This document shows, piece by piece, positions 28,195 through 37,999 of a DNA stretch of 64,000 bases (position 1 is its first letter; each line of letters opens with the position of its first letter). The notes under the pieces are model-generated. The model was given only the letters and a program-made list of their open reading frames with translations, ran no database searches and had not been told where the DNA came from. The DNA comes from an uncultured Candidatus Saccharibacteria bacterium. Its GTDB lineage: Bacteria; Patescibacteriota; Minisyncoccia; Phycocordibacterales; UBA9973. Both the position numbers and the translations under genes were made by a program. The DNA is taken from positions 167,150 to 231,149 of the forward strand of contig CAZWJU010000002.1 of assembly GCA_964634365.1 (NCBI GenBank), in the 5' to 3' direction.

Positions 28195-29292
28195 ATGAAT
28201 ATAAATACTACTGCAAAAAAAATAAAACAAGCTATAAACTTTACAGAAAAGATAACTGGTAAAAATCTAACATTACCTATTCTAAGTTCTATTCTCATTA
28301 TAGCTTCAGGTAAAACTCTTAAATTTAGATCAACAAACCTAAATCTAGGTATAGAAGTTGATATACCAGTAAAAGTAGTGAAAGACGGTGTTGTGGCTGT
28401 AAGAGGGGACGTTTTATCTCAAATATTTTCAACAATACAAGACAATGAAGATATAGAACTAAAACAAGAAAATGATAACTTATTGATAGTAACTAAAAAC
28501 AATCAGCTGTTAATAAAATCTAATTCTTATGAAGATTTTCCAACAATACCAGTTGTTTCTGGTGATAAACATATATTGAATTCAAAAAAAATAGTAGAAG
28601 GTATAAAATCAGTAGTTTATAGCTGTTCTATATCAGAAATAAAACCAGAAATGGCTAGTGTTTACATATATTCTGATGATGGAAATCTAGTTTTTGTAGC
28701 TACAGATTCATTTAGACTTGCAGAGAAAAAAATCAAATCAAAACATAGTACAGATTTTTCACCAATATTGATCCCTTTTAAAAATATAAATGAAATATTA
28801 AGGATATTAGAATCAACCTCTGAAGATATAGAGTGTGTAACCAGTAAAAATCAAATATCTTTCATGTTTGATGGTATATACATAACATCAAGGTTAATAG
28901 ATGGTGTTTTCCCAGATTATAAACAAATAATACCTAAAAATTTTACAACCGAAGTTGTTTTACTAAGACAAGATTTTTTAAATGCTTTAAAAATATCTAA
29001 TATATTTTCAGATAAATTTAATCAAATAACTTTCAATATAGACCCAAAAAGTAAAACATGTGAATTAAACGCTAGAAACAATGATATAGGGGAAAATAAA
29101 ACAAAAATTGACGCAACAATAGAAGGTGAACCAATTTCAATGAGCTTCAACTACAAGTATATTATCGATTGTTTTCAATCTATAAATCAAGATAGTCTAA
29201 CTTTAAAATTTAACGGCTCAAACAAACCGCTAATCATAAAAGGTGGTAGTGATCAAACATTTATATATTTAGTTATGCCTATGAATAGATAA
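28195..29292 (+). CDS. dnaN: DNA polymerase III beta clamp
   Basis: VATDSFRLA, SRLIDG.FPDY, YLVMPM. Confidence 0.95.
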   Translation: MNINTTAKKIKQAINFTEKITGKNLTLPILSSILIIASGKTLKFRSTNLNLGIEVDIPVKVVKDGVVAVRGDVLSQIFSTIQDNEDIELKQENDNLLIVTKNNQLLIKSNSYEDFPTIPVVSGDKHILNSKKIVEGIKSVVYSCSISEIKPEMASVYIYSDDGNLVFVATDSFRLAEKKIKSKHSTDFSPILIPFKNINEILRILESTSEDIECVTSKNQISFMFDGIYITSRLIDGVFPDYKQIIPKNFTTEVVLLRQDFLNALKISNIFSDKFNQITFNIDPKSKTCELNARNNDIGENKTKIDATIEGEPISMSFNYKYIIDCFQSINQDSLTLKFNGSNKPLIIKGGSDQTFIYLVMPMNR

Positions 29293-29294
29293 AA

Positions 29295-29555
29295 ATGTTC
29301 AATAATATTGAAAATTTTCTACTAAAAAGATTAAACCCAGCAATAGCGCACAATAATTTTTTAGTTAATATATCTCTGATAATTAAAAAAAATACAAATA
29401 TTGATATTTCTGAGAGAAAATTAAAAATAATAAATAAAACTTTATTTATTAAAACTAATCCAATAAGAAAACAAGAAATTTTACTTAAAAAAGATAAAAT
29501 AATCTTAGATATTAAGGATTTAAATTATAAAACAGATATTGATAATATAGCCTAA
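29295..29555 (+). CDS. Small basic protein, possibly DciA/DUF721-like
   Basis: Follows dnaN; TLFIKTNPIRKQEILLKKDKII pattern. Confidence 0.5.
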   Translation: MFNNIENFLLKRLNPAIAHNNFLVNISLIIKKNTNIDISERKLKIINKTLFIKTNPIRKQEILLKKDKIILDIKDLNYKTDIDNIA

Positions 29556-32065
29556 TTTATATCTATATTGATAGATATATTTTTTTTATTGTATACAGTA
29601 TCGTAAACTATTGCATTTAAAGTATGATTTCCTTTTGAAATGTTACTTTCTGAAGGTATAAATACAAAGTCTTTTGCATTACTAGTTCCTAAAAATATAT
29701 TGTCTACAAATATATCAAATTTTTGAAAAGGATATGTACCATCATAGTCTAGATTTACACTGAGTGGTAAAGTTTGAGAATACTGCACTCCATTTTTAGG
29801 ATTTGAAAAAGAAACATCAGGAATATTATTTTCTGTGTGAATATTGTCGTAAGTCGTTGGTATTTCATCTATAGAAACACTGTTGTATAGATATTTATTT
29901 TTCATCCACCAATCCTGCACTGTTGTTTCCCAGCGTAAATACTGTGAATCATCACTAGGATTTGCTGGAATAGGACCTCTTGGGTTATTTTTATTTACCC
30001 AATGAAGTATGTCGTGTACATTTGTAACAACTATTTCTTTTCTTGTTTCTGGTGGAGTAAAATCAGTAGCAAGCTTACCAGAAATAGTATCTATTACATA
30101 GCTTTCTCCTCCCATCCACTCTCCTCTTAGTATTGGTTTTAGTATATTTGGATCATTTTCTATAATAGGTTTTTCAAAATCTTCTTGAGGGATTGCTTTT
30201 AGTGCTATATTCATAAATTCATTCCACATTGGGCCAGATATAGAAGAACCTTTTTTCATAGGCTTATTATCATTGTTTCCTGACCAAACACCAACAACTA
30301 CAGATGGAGTATATCCAATCAACCAAGCATCTTTATTATTGTTTGTAGTTCCTGTTTTTGCTGCTACTTCATATCCAGGGAATACCATAAATGAATTTGA
30401 TCCAAAGAGTGGAGTTCTAGCCACATTGTCTGCCAATATATCTGAAATAGTTAAAGCTACATTACTATCTAGAGCATTTGTTGGGTTTTCTTTGAATTCT
30501 TCCAGTACTTGCCCATCATGGTCTTCTATTTTCAATACTCCATTATAAGGATTTCTAATGCCTTTATTTGCAAAAACACTATAACTAGAAACCATATCAA
30601 GCAAACTAACTTCTCCACCTCCAAGTACAAGGGTTAAACCATAAACACTTGCATCTGATAGTGTTGTTATTCCCATAGTTCTAGCTGTTGCTATAGAGTC
30701 TTGTACGCCTGCTAAATATAAAAGCTTAACAGATGTGACGTTTCTAGATTGCCCCAAAGAATTTCTTAGATTTATAGGACCAACATATTTACCATCATAG
30801 TTTTCAGGGCTATAACAATCATCCTGGCTGTTTCCAGGTAAAGCTACACCATAAGCATTACAACCACCCTGAAACTCAGTAGGAACATCAAATAAAACAG
30901 TATTTGCAGTATAGCCCTCTTTTAGTGCTGTGGCATATACAAAGGGTTTAAATGATGATCCTGGCTGTCTCTCGGCTGTTGCTATATTGAAGTTTCCATC
31001 TATCTCTTTATCAAAATAATCTCTAGAACCAACCATAACCAGTATTTGTCCTGTTTTTGGATCTATTGCAACCATACTTGCGTTACTTGCGTTCCAATCT
31101 ACTTCATTTTTTAAAGCATTTCTTTTTACTATTTCCTCAGCTTGTTCTTGTAGTGAATAATCCAAAGTAGTAATAACTTTTAACCCTCCGTTTTCTACAG
31201 CATCTTGCCCATATTGTTCTTCCAAGTACTCTTTTATAAAGAAAACAAAATGAGGAGCTTTTATACCCTTACCTTCTACAGTCTTAAATTCAACAACCTC
31301 TGCTTTTGCTGTTTGGTATGTCACCTCGTCAATCATCCCAATTTCTAACATTCTGGATAGGACTGTGTTTTTTCTATCGTCTAACTTATCTCTATGCTGA
31401 CCAAAAGGTGAGTAATATGTAGGTGCTTTTGGTATTGCAGCCAAGTAGGCCGCTTCTGCTAAAGTTAAATCTATTGGGTTTTTGTTGAAAAATGTTTTTG
31501 AAGCTTCTTGTACACCGTAAATACTTCCTCCATAAGGTGCGTCATTTAGATAAACAGCAAGTATTTCATCTTTACTCATAACCCCATCTAGTTTTATAGC
31601 CAAAATCCATTCTTTGAATTTTCTAGTTATTGTTTTTTCAGTAGTAAGTAGAGTATTTTTAATTACTTGTTGAGTTATAGTAGAGCCACCTTGTGAAAAA
31701 TCTCCACTAAAAATATTTGCAATAATTGCTCGAACAATAGAAGTTGGTCTAATACCATTGTGTTCATAAAAAGAAGAATCTTCTATTGCAATTGTTGCGT
31801 TTTTTATATTTTCACCCATTTGCTCATAAGGTATAACTGTACGTCTGAAATCCTGATGAACATCATAAAGCAAAACCTCACCTGTTCTATCGTATATTTT
31901 GGTCGAACGAGCAATCTTACGCTCTTCAAAAGATTTAAAATCTGGTAGCTCTATAGTAGATAGCCAAACAGCTCCAATAGAGCAAAAAAGCACAAAAAAT
32001 GTCCCAACAATAAATAAAATACTTCTTTTTTTATGATTCATATGGAGTTTATTCATATTTAGCAA
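29552..32065 (-). CDS. Class A penicillin-binding protein (PBP1A family)
   Basis: ED..FY.H.G, QGGSTITQQ, RQPGSSFKP, S.N, KTG. Confidence 0.93.
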   Translation of the reverse strand: MLNMNKLHMNHKKRSILFIVGTFFVLFCSIGAVWLSTIELPDFKSFEERKIARSTKIYDRTGEVLLYDVHQDFRRTVIPYEQMGENIKNATIAIEDSSFYEHNGIRPTSIVRAIIANIFSGDFSQGGSTITQQVIKNTLLTTEKTITRKFKEWILAIKLDGVMSKDEILAVYLNDAPYGGSIYGVQEASKTFFNKNPIDLTLAEAAYLAAIPKAPTYYSPFGQHRDKLDDRKNTVLSRMLEIGMIDEVTYQTAKAEVVEFKTVEGKGIKAPHFVFFIKEYLEEQYGQDAVENGGLKVITTLDYSLQEQAEEIVKRNALKNEVDWNASNASMVAIDPKTGQILVMVGSRDYFDKEIDGNFNIATAERQPGSSFKPFVYATALKEGYTANTVLFDVPTEFQGGCNAYGVALPGNSQDDCYSPENYDGKYVGPINLRNSLGQSRNVTSVKLLYLAGVQDSIATARTMGITTLSDASVYGLTLVLGGGEVSLLDMVSSYSVFANKGIRNPYNGVLKIEDHDGQVLEEFKENPTNALDSNVALTISDILADNVARTPLFGSNSFMVFPGYEVAAKTGTTNNNKDAWLIGYTPSVVVGVWSGNNDNKPMKKGSSISGPMWNEFMNIALKAIPQEDFEKPIIENDPNILKPILRGEWMGGESYVIDTISGKLATDFTPPETRKEIVVTNVHDILHWVNKNNPRGPIPANPSDDSQYLRWETTVQDWWMKNKYLYNSVSIDEIPTTYDNIHTENNIPDVSFSNPKNGVQYSQTLPLSVNLDYDGTYPFQKFDIFVDNIFLGTSNAKDFVFIPSESNISKGNHTLNAIVYDTVYNKKNISINIDIN

Positions 32066-32125
32066 TCATAACACAATATCCATATACATAAAGACATAAA
32101 ACCACAAATATGCTAAAGTGTTCTT

Positions 32126-33334
32126 ATGAAAGTTATAGTAGATGAAGCAAAAATAGATGAAATATTGAGCCGTGGAGTTCATGAAGTTTTTACAAAAGAA
32201 GAACTAAAAAAGAAGCTAATGAGCGGCAAACAATTGCATATAAAACTCGGTACAGATGTAACCGGAGCTTTTTTGCATCTTGGACACTCTGTTTTACATA
32301 GAAAAGTTAGAGATTTTCAAGAGCTTGGACATAAAGTAACTTTGATAGTGGGTGATTTCACAACCCTAGTTGGAGATCATTCTGACAAGGTTGATATGAG
32401 AGCTGATATAACAGAAGATCAGATAAAGAAAAACCAAAAAGGTTGGGAGAAACAATTCTATAAAACAATAATTAAAAAATCTTCAAAGATAAAGAAAAAT
32501 TCAGAGTGGCTTAAAAAACTTACATTTAAAGATGTTTTGAATCTAACAAAGCAATTTACTGTTTCTCAGATGTTAGATAGAGAAACTTTTCTACTAAGAT
32601 ATAACTCTGGGAAACCAATTGGTTTAGATGAGTTTCTATACCCACTAATGCAAGGCTATGATTCTGTTGCTATAAAATGCGATGTAGAAATTGGAGCAAC
32701 AGACCAAACCTTCAATCTTTTGGCCGGAAGAAGGCTTATGGAAGCATTTTCTATAAAACCACAGTCTGCTTTGGTTATGAAACTTTTAGTTGGTAGCGAT
32801 GGAAGACCGATGGGGAAGAGTTTGCAAAATTTTATTGCAATAAGCGAAGACCCAAACGAAATGTACGGTAAAATAATGTCTATCGTCGATTCTGTAATAT
32901 TTGAATATTTCGAGCTTGTAACAAGAGTTCCTATGCAAAAAATAGAAGAAATGAAAAAAGCTGTTTCAAACGGCGAAAACCCAATGATATACAAAAAGAT
33001 ATTGGCAAAAGAAATAGTTGGTTTTTACCACGGAGAAGATTCTGCAAAAAAAGCCGAAGAAGCTTTTGAAAATACTTTTAGTAAAGGCGAAATTCCAGAA
33101 GATATCAAAAAAGTAACTGTAAAAATAAAAATGCCTCTTGTTGATATTTTGATTAAAAACGGTATGGTTTCTTCTAAATCAGAATTCAGAAGACTGGTAG
33201 AAGAGGGCGCAATAAAACTTCATGTAAACATGGAAGAAAAGAAAATAATAGACCCAAATACTCTAATAGAAGGCGATGGAGCTATAAAAATTGGTAAAAA
33301 AAGGTTTATACATATAACTGTTCAGAAAAAATAA
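32126..33334 (+). CDS. tyrS: Tyrosyl-tRNA synthetase
   Basis: HLGH, YPLMQGYD, DQTFN, PMGKS, C-terminal S4 domain. Confidence 0.95.
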   Translation: MKVIVDEAKIDEILSRGVHEVFTKEELKKKLMSGKQLHIKLGTDVTGAFLHLGHSVLHRKVRDFQELGHKVTLIVGDFTTLVGDHSDKVDMRADITEDQIKKNQKGWEKQFYKTIIKKSSKIKKNSEWLKKLTFKDVLNLTKQFTVSQMLDRETFLLRYNSGKPIGLDEFLYPLMQGYDSVAIKCDVEIGATDQTFNLLAGRRLMEAFSIKPQSALVMKLLVGSDGRPMGKSLQNFIAISEDPNEMYGKIMSIVDSVIFEYFELVTRVPMQKIEEMKKAVSNGENPMIYKKILAKEIVGFYHGEDSAKKAEEAFENTFSKGEIPEDIKKVTVKIKMPLVDILIKNGMVSSKSEFRRLVEEGAIKLHVNMEEKKIIDPNTLIEGDGAIKIGKKRFIHITVQKK

Positions 33335-33362
33335 AAAACCCACTTTGTGGGTTTTTTATTTT

Positions 33363-33518
33363 TTAATATGATTCGTCTTCATCTTCTCCGTCTTCTCCAT
33401 CTTCTTCTGCAATAACGTCATCTATAGATAAAAGATCTTCATCTAAAGCGTCGTCTCCATCTAGAGCTTCAAGAAGGTCTTCTTCGTTTAAATCCTTATC
33501 TTCTTCTTCGTTGTACAT
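33363..33518 (-). CDS. Very acidic 51-aa protein (not in ORF track)
   Basis: MYNEEEDKDLNEEDLLEALDGDDALDEDLLSIDDVIAEEDGEDGEDEDESY. Confidence 0.65.
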   Translation of the reverse strand: MYNEEEDKDLNEEDLLEALDGDDALDEDLLSIDDVIAEEDGEDGEDEDESY

Positions 33519-33630
33519 GTACGATTAATTTAAATTTATAAATTAGATCACACTGTTTTGTGTGCCTCAGGTATTTTTATCAAATGCACTTTATATTTGC
33601 AAGAAAAAAAGCCCTTTTTTGTGGATAACT

Positions 33631-34116
33631 TTATCTATTTTTATACTTGATTGTTGCAGATAGGGTAAGTGCTATCGCTATAGCATCTACTTCGTCATCT
33701 TTCATTTTTTTTGCGCCTAAATCTATTAGCTTAGGAACCATTTTGGCCACATCGTTTTTTGTTGCTTTTCCAAAACCTGCTGCTGCCATCTTTATTTCCA
33801 TGGGTGTAAATTCATAAATTGGAACTTTGGCTTTTTGTGATTCGTATAATATAACCCCACGTGCCTCTGCTACGTTCATGGCTGTTTTTTGGTTTACGGT
33901 CATGTATAATTTTTCGATACTTGTATAATCCGGTTTGTATTTTTCTATACACAAAGATATTTTTTTTCCGATCATAAAAAGTCTTTCCGCGAAAGAATCT
34001 TTTTTGTTTGTTTCAAAACACTCAGAATACACTAAAGTTTCTTTCCCTTTTTCGCCTTTGTCTACTATAGCTATTCCCAGTCGATCAAACCCAGGATCTA
34101 TTCCAAGTATTCTCAT
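33631..34116 (-). CDS. ruvC: Holliday junction resolvase
   Basis: MRILGIDPG, EARGV, DDEVDAIAIA. Confidence 0.93.
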   Translation of the reverse strand: MRILGIDPGFDRLGIAIVDKGEKGKETLVYSECFETNKKDSFAERLFMIGKKISLCIEKYKPDYTSIEKLYMTVNQKTAMNVAEARGVILYESQKAKVPIYEFTPMEIKMAAAGFGKATKNDVAKMVPKLIDLGAKKMKDDEVDAIAIALTLSATIKYKNR

Positions 34117-34187
34117 GTATAGATTATGATTTATTAATATTAATTTTACCAATTGACAATAAAAGCATCTCTTGTTAGATTACATAC

Positions 34188-34347
34188 CGAAATGTTTTTA
34201 TGGGGATCCTTCGGCCAAAGCTCCTGTAAAAAGGTGTGGAGGCTGAAGGTTTTAAAATAAATTCTGATAGTATTTATCAGAAAAACTTTGTTCTTTTCAT
34301 ACTTGAACAAAATGGGGGTTTCCTGGAAACGGGAAGCCCCCTATTTT
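34188..34347 (+). ncRNA. Candidate ~160 nt sRNA between ruvC and ruvB
   Basis: TTGACA-N17-TAGATT at 34153-34181, three hairpins, GAAA-loop terminator 34314-34347 with plus-strand G-U pairs. Confidence 0.5.
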
Positions 34348-35338
34348 ATTTTTCTAATTCTTTGTATTCAAAACTCAAATGCTCATAGGCTTTTTTTGTT
34401 ACAACTCTCCCTCTCGGTGTTCTATCAAGCAAACCTCTTTGTATTAAATACGGCTCCACAACATCTTCTATGGTCGCCTCCTCTTCGCTTGTTGCTGCTG
34501 CAATAGTGTTTAGTCCAACAGGTCCACCTTCAAATTTTTCTATAATAGTAGTTAGTATAGATCTGTCTACTTCAGACAATCCAAGCTCGTCTATTCCAAG
34601 TAGAGAAAGAGCCAAGAATACGGTTTTTTTATCTAAATCTTTTTTGTGTACTTGAGCATAGTCTCGAACTCTTTTCAGAAAATAGTTTGCAGTACGTGGA
34701 GTAAATCTACTTCTTTTTGCAATTTCAGATACAGCTTCTCCCTCCAGTTCTACACCAAGAATTTTTGCAGATCTATTTATGATTTTTGATATCTCTTCTT
34801 CTTTGTAAAATTCTAGACGAAAAGTTCCTCCAGAAAATCTTGATCTAAGTGGAGCAGAAAGTAGTGCTATACGAGTTGTCGCTGCGATAAGTGTAAATGC
34901 AGGTAGGTCTAGTTGAATAGTTCTAGCTGAAGGTCCTTTGCCTATAATAATATCTAGAATCCCACTCTCCATTGCTGGATACAGAACTTCCTCAACCATT
35001 TTATTTAGTCTATGTATTTCGTCTATAAACAAAATATCTCCAGAAGAAAGGTTTGTTAATATAGAAGCTAGATCACCAACTTTTTCTATGGCCGGACCAG
35101 ATGTGATTTTTATCTGTCTGTTTGTTTCCTTGGCTATTAGATGGGCGAGAGTAGTTTTTCCAAGACCTGGTGGACCATAAAACAATATATGTTCTGCGGG
35201 GTGATTTCTCTCCTTTGCTGCGGTGAGTAATATACGCAAGTTTTCCTTGATTTGCTCTTGGCCGACGTACTCTTCCCATGTTTGTGGGCGCAAAGTTAGA
35301 TCAAGCCTAGTATCTGTATTTTCTCTCTTTTCTTCCAT
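34346..35338 (-). CDS. ruvB: Holliday junction helicase
   Basis: [26 protein letters not shown]. Confidence 0.97.
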   Translation of the reverse strand: MEEKRENTDTRLDLTLRPQTWEEYVGQEQIKENLRILLTAAKERNHPAEHILFYGPPGLGKTTLAHLIAKETNRQIKITSGPAIEKVGDLASILTNLSSGDILFIDEIHRLNKMVEEVLYPAMESGILDIIIGKGPSARTIQLDLPAFTLIAATTRIALLSAPLRSRFSGGTFRLEFYKEEEISKIINRSAKILGVELEGEAVSEIAKRSRFTPRTANYFLKRVRDYAQVHKKDLDKKTVFLALSLLGIDELGLSEVDRSILTTIIEKFEGGPVGLNTIAAATSEEEATIEDVVEPYLIQRGLLDRTPRGRVVTKKAYEHLSFEYKELEK

Positions 35339-35402
35339 GTGGTAAGTATAACCCATACTGCCGGTAGTTGACAAAAAAATTCTAATATGCTAAGATGTGT
35401 TT

Positions 35403-35766
35403 AGTTGTAACGACCTCGGTCGTGCAGGAAACATATAAAAGCCAACAAAATATAGGGCTTTTTATTTTTGCACTATTTTCCACACAATGTCCACAAGACG
35501 ATATTTTTTACGTCTAGGCAAGTGCAAAAGTATACGTATACTTATAAAGCGATCAGTTACTAAAGAGGACATAAATCTCTAAGCAATCAGATGAATTTCT
35601 ATATGTATTTGCGTAGGACGTTCTGGTACTATTTATAGACCACTGGGGCTATCCTTCAAAAATATGTTACTTACTAGGCCTAGCCTTTTAAGGATTGTTT
35701 AGAGATTTATGTTTTTTTTGTTTTAAAATAAAAATCTAAAACCCGTCTCTGGCGGGGTTTATTTTT
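35403..35766 (+). ncRNA. Candidate ~360 nt structured RNA
   Basis: TTGACA-N17-TAAGAT at 35368-35396; long stem about 35568-35713; terminator-like hairpin 35738-35766. Confidence 0.45.
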
Positions 35767-35799
35767 CTAATCGTTACTTTTTCAAAAAACAACTCACTT

Positions 35800-36047
35800 A
35801 ATAGTGTTTCAAAAGACACGAAAATTTACTGCTATAAATTTTCTTTGTTTCGCGCCGTCGCACTACACAGAGTCTTTTGAAACACTATTTGCGTTCGTCT
35901 AGATATGTAAATCTACAAGGCAAAGTTAGGCTCCAAGAATTCTAAATACACCAATCCATACTTTTAAAAAGCCTAACGGAACGCGTCGGCGTGAGTTTGA
36001 GGGATTTTTCAGCAGAAAAATACCCGTGCTTTTTAAAAGTTATGGAT
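35800..36047. repeat. Cluster of hairpin elements of the tRNA-associated family, at a non-tRNA site
   Basis: 18-bp IR 35800-35889 enclosing ACTGCT-apex hairpin; 19-bp IR 35954-36047 enclosing ATTTTTC-AGCA-GAAAAAT-ACC. Confidence 0.65.
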
Positions 36048-36129
36048 AAAATAAAGTTTTCCGGAAACTGGGCTATGAGTTACTGCGAACTTAATATGGG
36101 TTACAAAAAATAAAAACCCTTACGGGTTT

Positions 36130-37827
36130 CTATTCTTCATCAAGTTCTACAACACTCTTCACCTCAGACAAACTTGTTACTCCCATTAGTACTTTTACAA
36201 TTCCGTCTTCTTTCATATCGAGCGTGCCTTGTGCATGTGCAGTTCTTTTTATTTCTCGTTCACTTGGATTTTCTGGGATGATTTTTTCAATCGATTCATC
36301 GGTTTGGATTGCTTCAAATATTCCCATTCGTCCCTTGTATCCTGTACCGTTACAAGCCGGGCATCCAACAGCGCTCCATATTTTTAGAGTTTGATTTGGA
36401 TCTACGTTTACCTCTTCAACTATTTTATTTTCGTTTTTTATACCAGTTAAAATTTTTCTCATTACAACTTCATCTTCCTTTGATATTTCTTGTTCTTTTT
36501 TACATTCGTTGCAAAGTTTTCTTACAAGTCTTTGTGCTATAGACAAACGTAGCGCTGACACAAGTATTTTTGGATTTACTTCCAAGTCTATAAGACGAGG
36601 GATCACACCTCCTGCATTGTTTGTGTGAAGCGTCGAGAAAACCAAGTGCCCAGTCAACGCACTTTCTACTGCAATCTTTGCAGTTTCAGAATCGCGTATT
36701 TCTCCGACCATTATCACATCTGGGTCTTGGCGGAGCGCGCTACGCAAACCTTCTAGGAAAGAATAATTTTTTTCTACTTGTGTTTGTGTGATACCTGCAA
36801 GGTGGTATTCTATTGGGTCTTCGATTGTGATTATTTTCAATTCACTTGAATATATTTTACGCAAAAATGCGTACAGTGTTGTGGTTTTACCCGAACCAGT
36901 CGGACCTGTGATAAGTATAAGTCCGTTTGGTTTTGCTATTTCAGCTTCCATAACTGATAAAAGTTTTTTTGGAATACCCATCTCGTCTAGATTTACTTGA
37001 ATTGATTTTGGATCTAGAATTCTCATCACGATTGATTCGCCATATGCTCCTGGTATTACAGATACACGCATAGATATTTCAGTTCCGTCTGATTGGTAAA
37101 TACTAAATCTTCCATCTTGCGCCACACTTTTTATTACAAGTTTTAAACCAGAAACAAGTTTAATACGAGAGTTTACGAGTTTGTAAGTTTCGTGTGGGAA
37201 GGTAAGTATGTTTTGTAGCACACCATCTAGTCTAAAACGCACCTGAACATTGTCCTCGCCTGGTTCTATATGAATATCAGATGCTTTTATAGCAATAGCT
37301 CCACCGAGTATTATTTCTAGCATGTGAGATAGTTTGTGTGTTTTACTGTCGCTCGCAACTTCTTCTACAGTTTTTGCTACATCGTCTATGCTATGGATTT
37401 TTTGTGCGATATCTAAAAGTGCTTCACTGGATATATCTAAGCCACCAGCCTTTGAAGCAGAAGCAAAAGATATTTCTCCATATCTAGACCAAGCCTTCTC
37501 TAAAGAGGCAAGAGAAGCCATATATAGAATCGGATTGTAGTTTTGGCTTTTTATATCTTCAAGTACTTGTGTTAAGTCTTCTCGGACAGGGGATCTAACT
37601 GCGATATGTAGATTTTTACCAAGCACCTTGAAAGGGGCGATCTCTACAGCTTTAGCAGTTTTTTCAGGTACGATACGAAGCGCTTCGTTTTCAATAGTTG
37701 TACTAGATAGATCAATATAGGGGATATTGTATTTTGCAGCAGACAGAATACGAACCAAGTCCTCTTCTTCTTGGTATTTTAAGTCCTCGAGACGCTTTTT
37801 TTGTTTATCCTCATCAAATTGGATCAT
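36130..37827 (-). CDS. pilB: GspE/PilB type IV pilus assembly ATPase
   Basis: ASDIHIEP, GPTGSGKTTT, EDPIEY, LRQDPD, TGH, CxxC pairs. Confidence 0.92.
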   Translation of the reverse strand: MIQFDEDKQKKRLEDLKYQEEEDLVRILSAAKYNIPYIDLSSTTIENEALRIVPEKTAKAVEIAPFKVLGKNLHIAVRSPVREDLTQVLEDIKSQNYNPILYMASLASLEKAWSRYGEISFASASKAGGLDISSEALLDIAQKIHSIDDVAKTVEEVASDSKTHKLSHMLEIILGGAIAIKASDIHIEPGEDNVQVRFRLDGVLQNILTFPHETYKLVNSRIKLVSGLKLVIKSVAQDGRFSIYQSDGTEISMRVSVIPGAYGESIVMRILDPKSIQVNLDEMGIPKKLLSVMEAEIAKPNGLILITGPTGSGKTTTLYAFLRKIYSSELKIITIEDPIEYHLAGITQTQVEKNYSFLEGLRSALRQDPDVIMVGEIRDSETAKIAVESALTGHLVFSTLHTNNAGGVIPRLIDLEVNPKILVSALRLSIAQRLVRKLCNECKKEQEISKEDEVVMRKILTGIKNENKIVEEVNVDPNQTLKIWSAVGCPACNGTGYKGRMGIFEAIQTDESIEKIIPENPSEREIKRTAHAQGTLDMKEDGIVKVLMGVTSLSEVKSVVELDEE

Positions 37828-37897
37828 TACCTTAAATAATACAATGAAATATCTAAAATAAGAAGAAAAACAAGGGGATTTTGGATTAAAGAACTTG

Positions 37898-37932
37898 CCC
37901 AGCACTAAGCATACTTTGCGCTTAGTGCTGGG
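37898..37932. repeat. REP-like palindrome abutting a promoter
   Basis: CCCAGCACTAAGC-N9-GCTTAGTGCTGGG followed directly by TTGACA-N17-TAAGAT. Confidence 0.6.
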
Positions 37933-37999
37933 TTGACAATAATGCTTAAATGTGATAAGATAAAGAAAAATATTCCGTAAATCCTAAAATCCGATTGAT

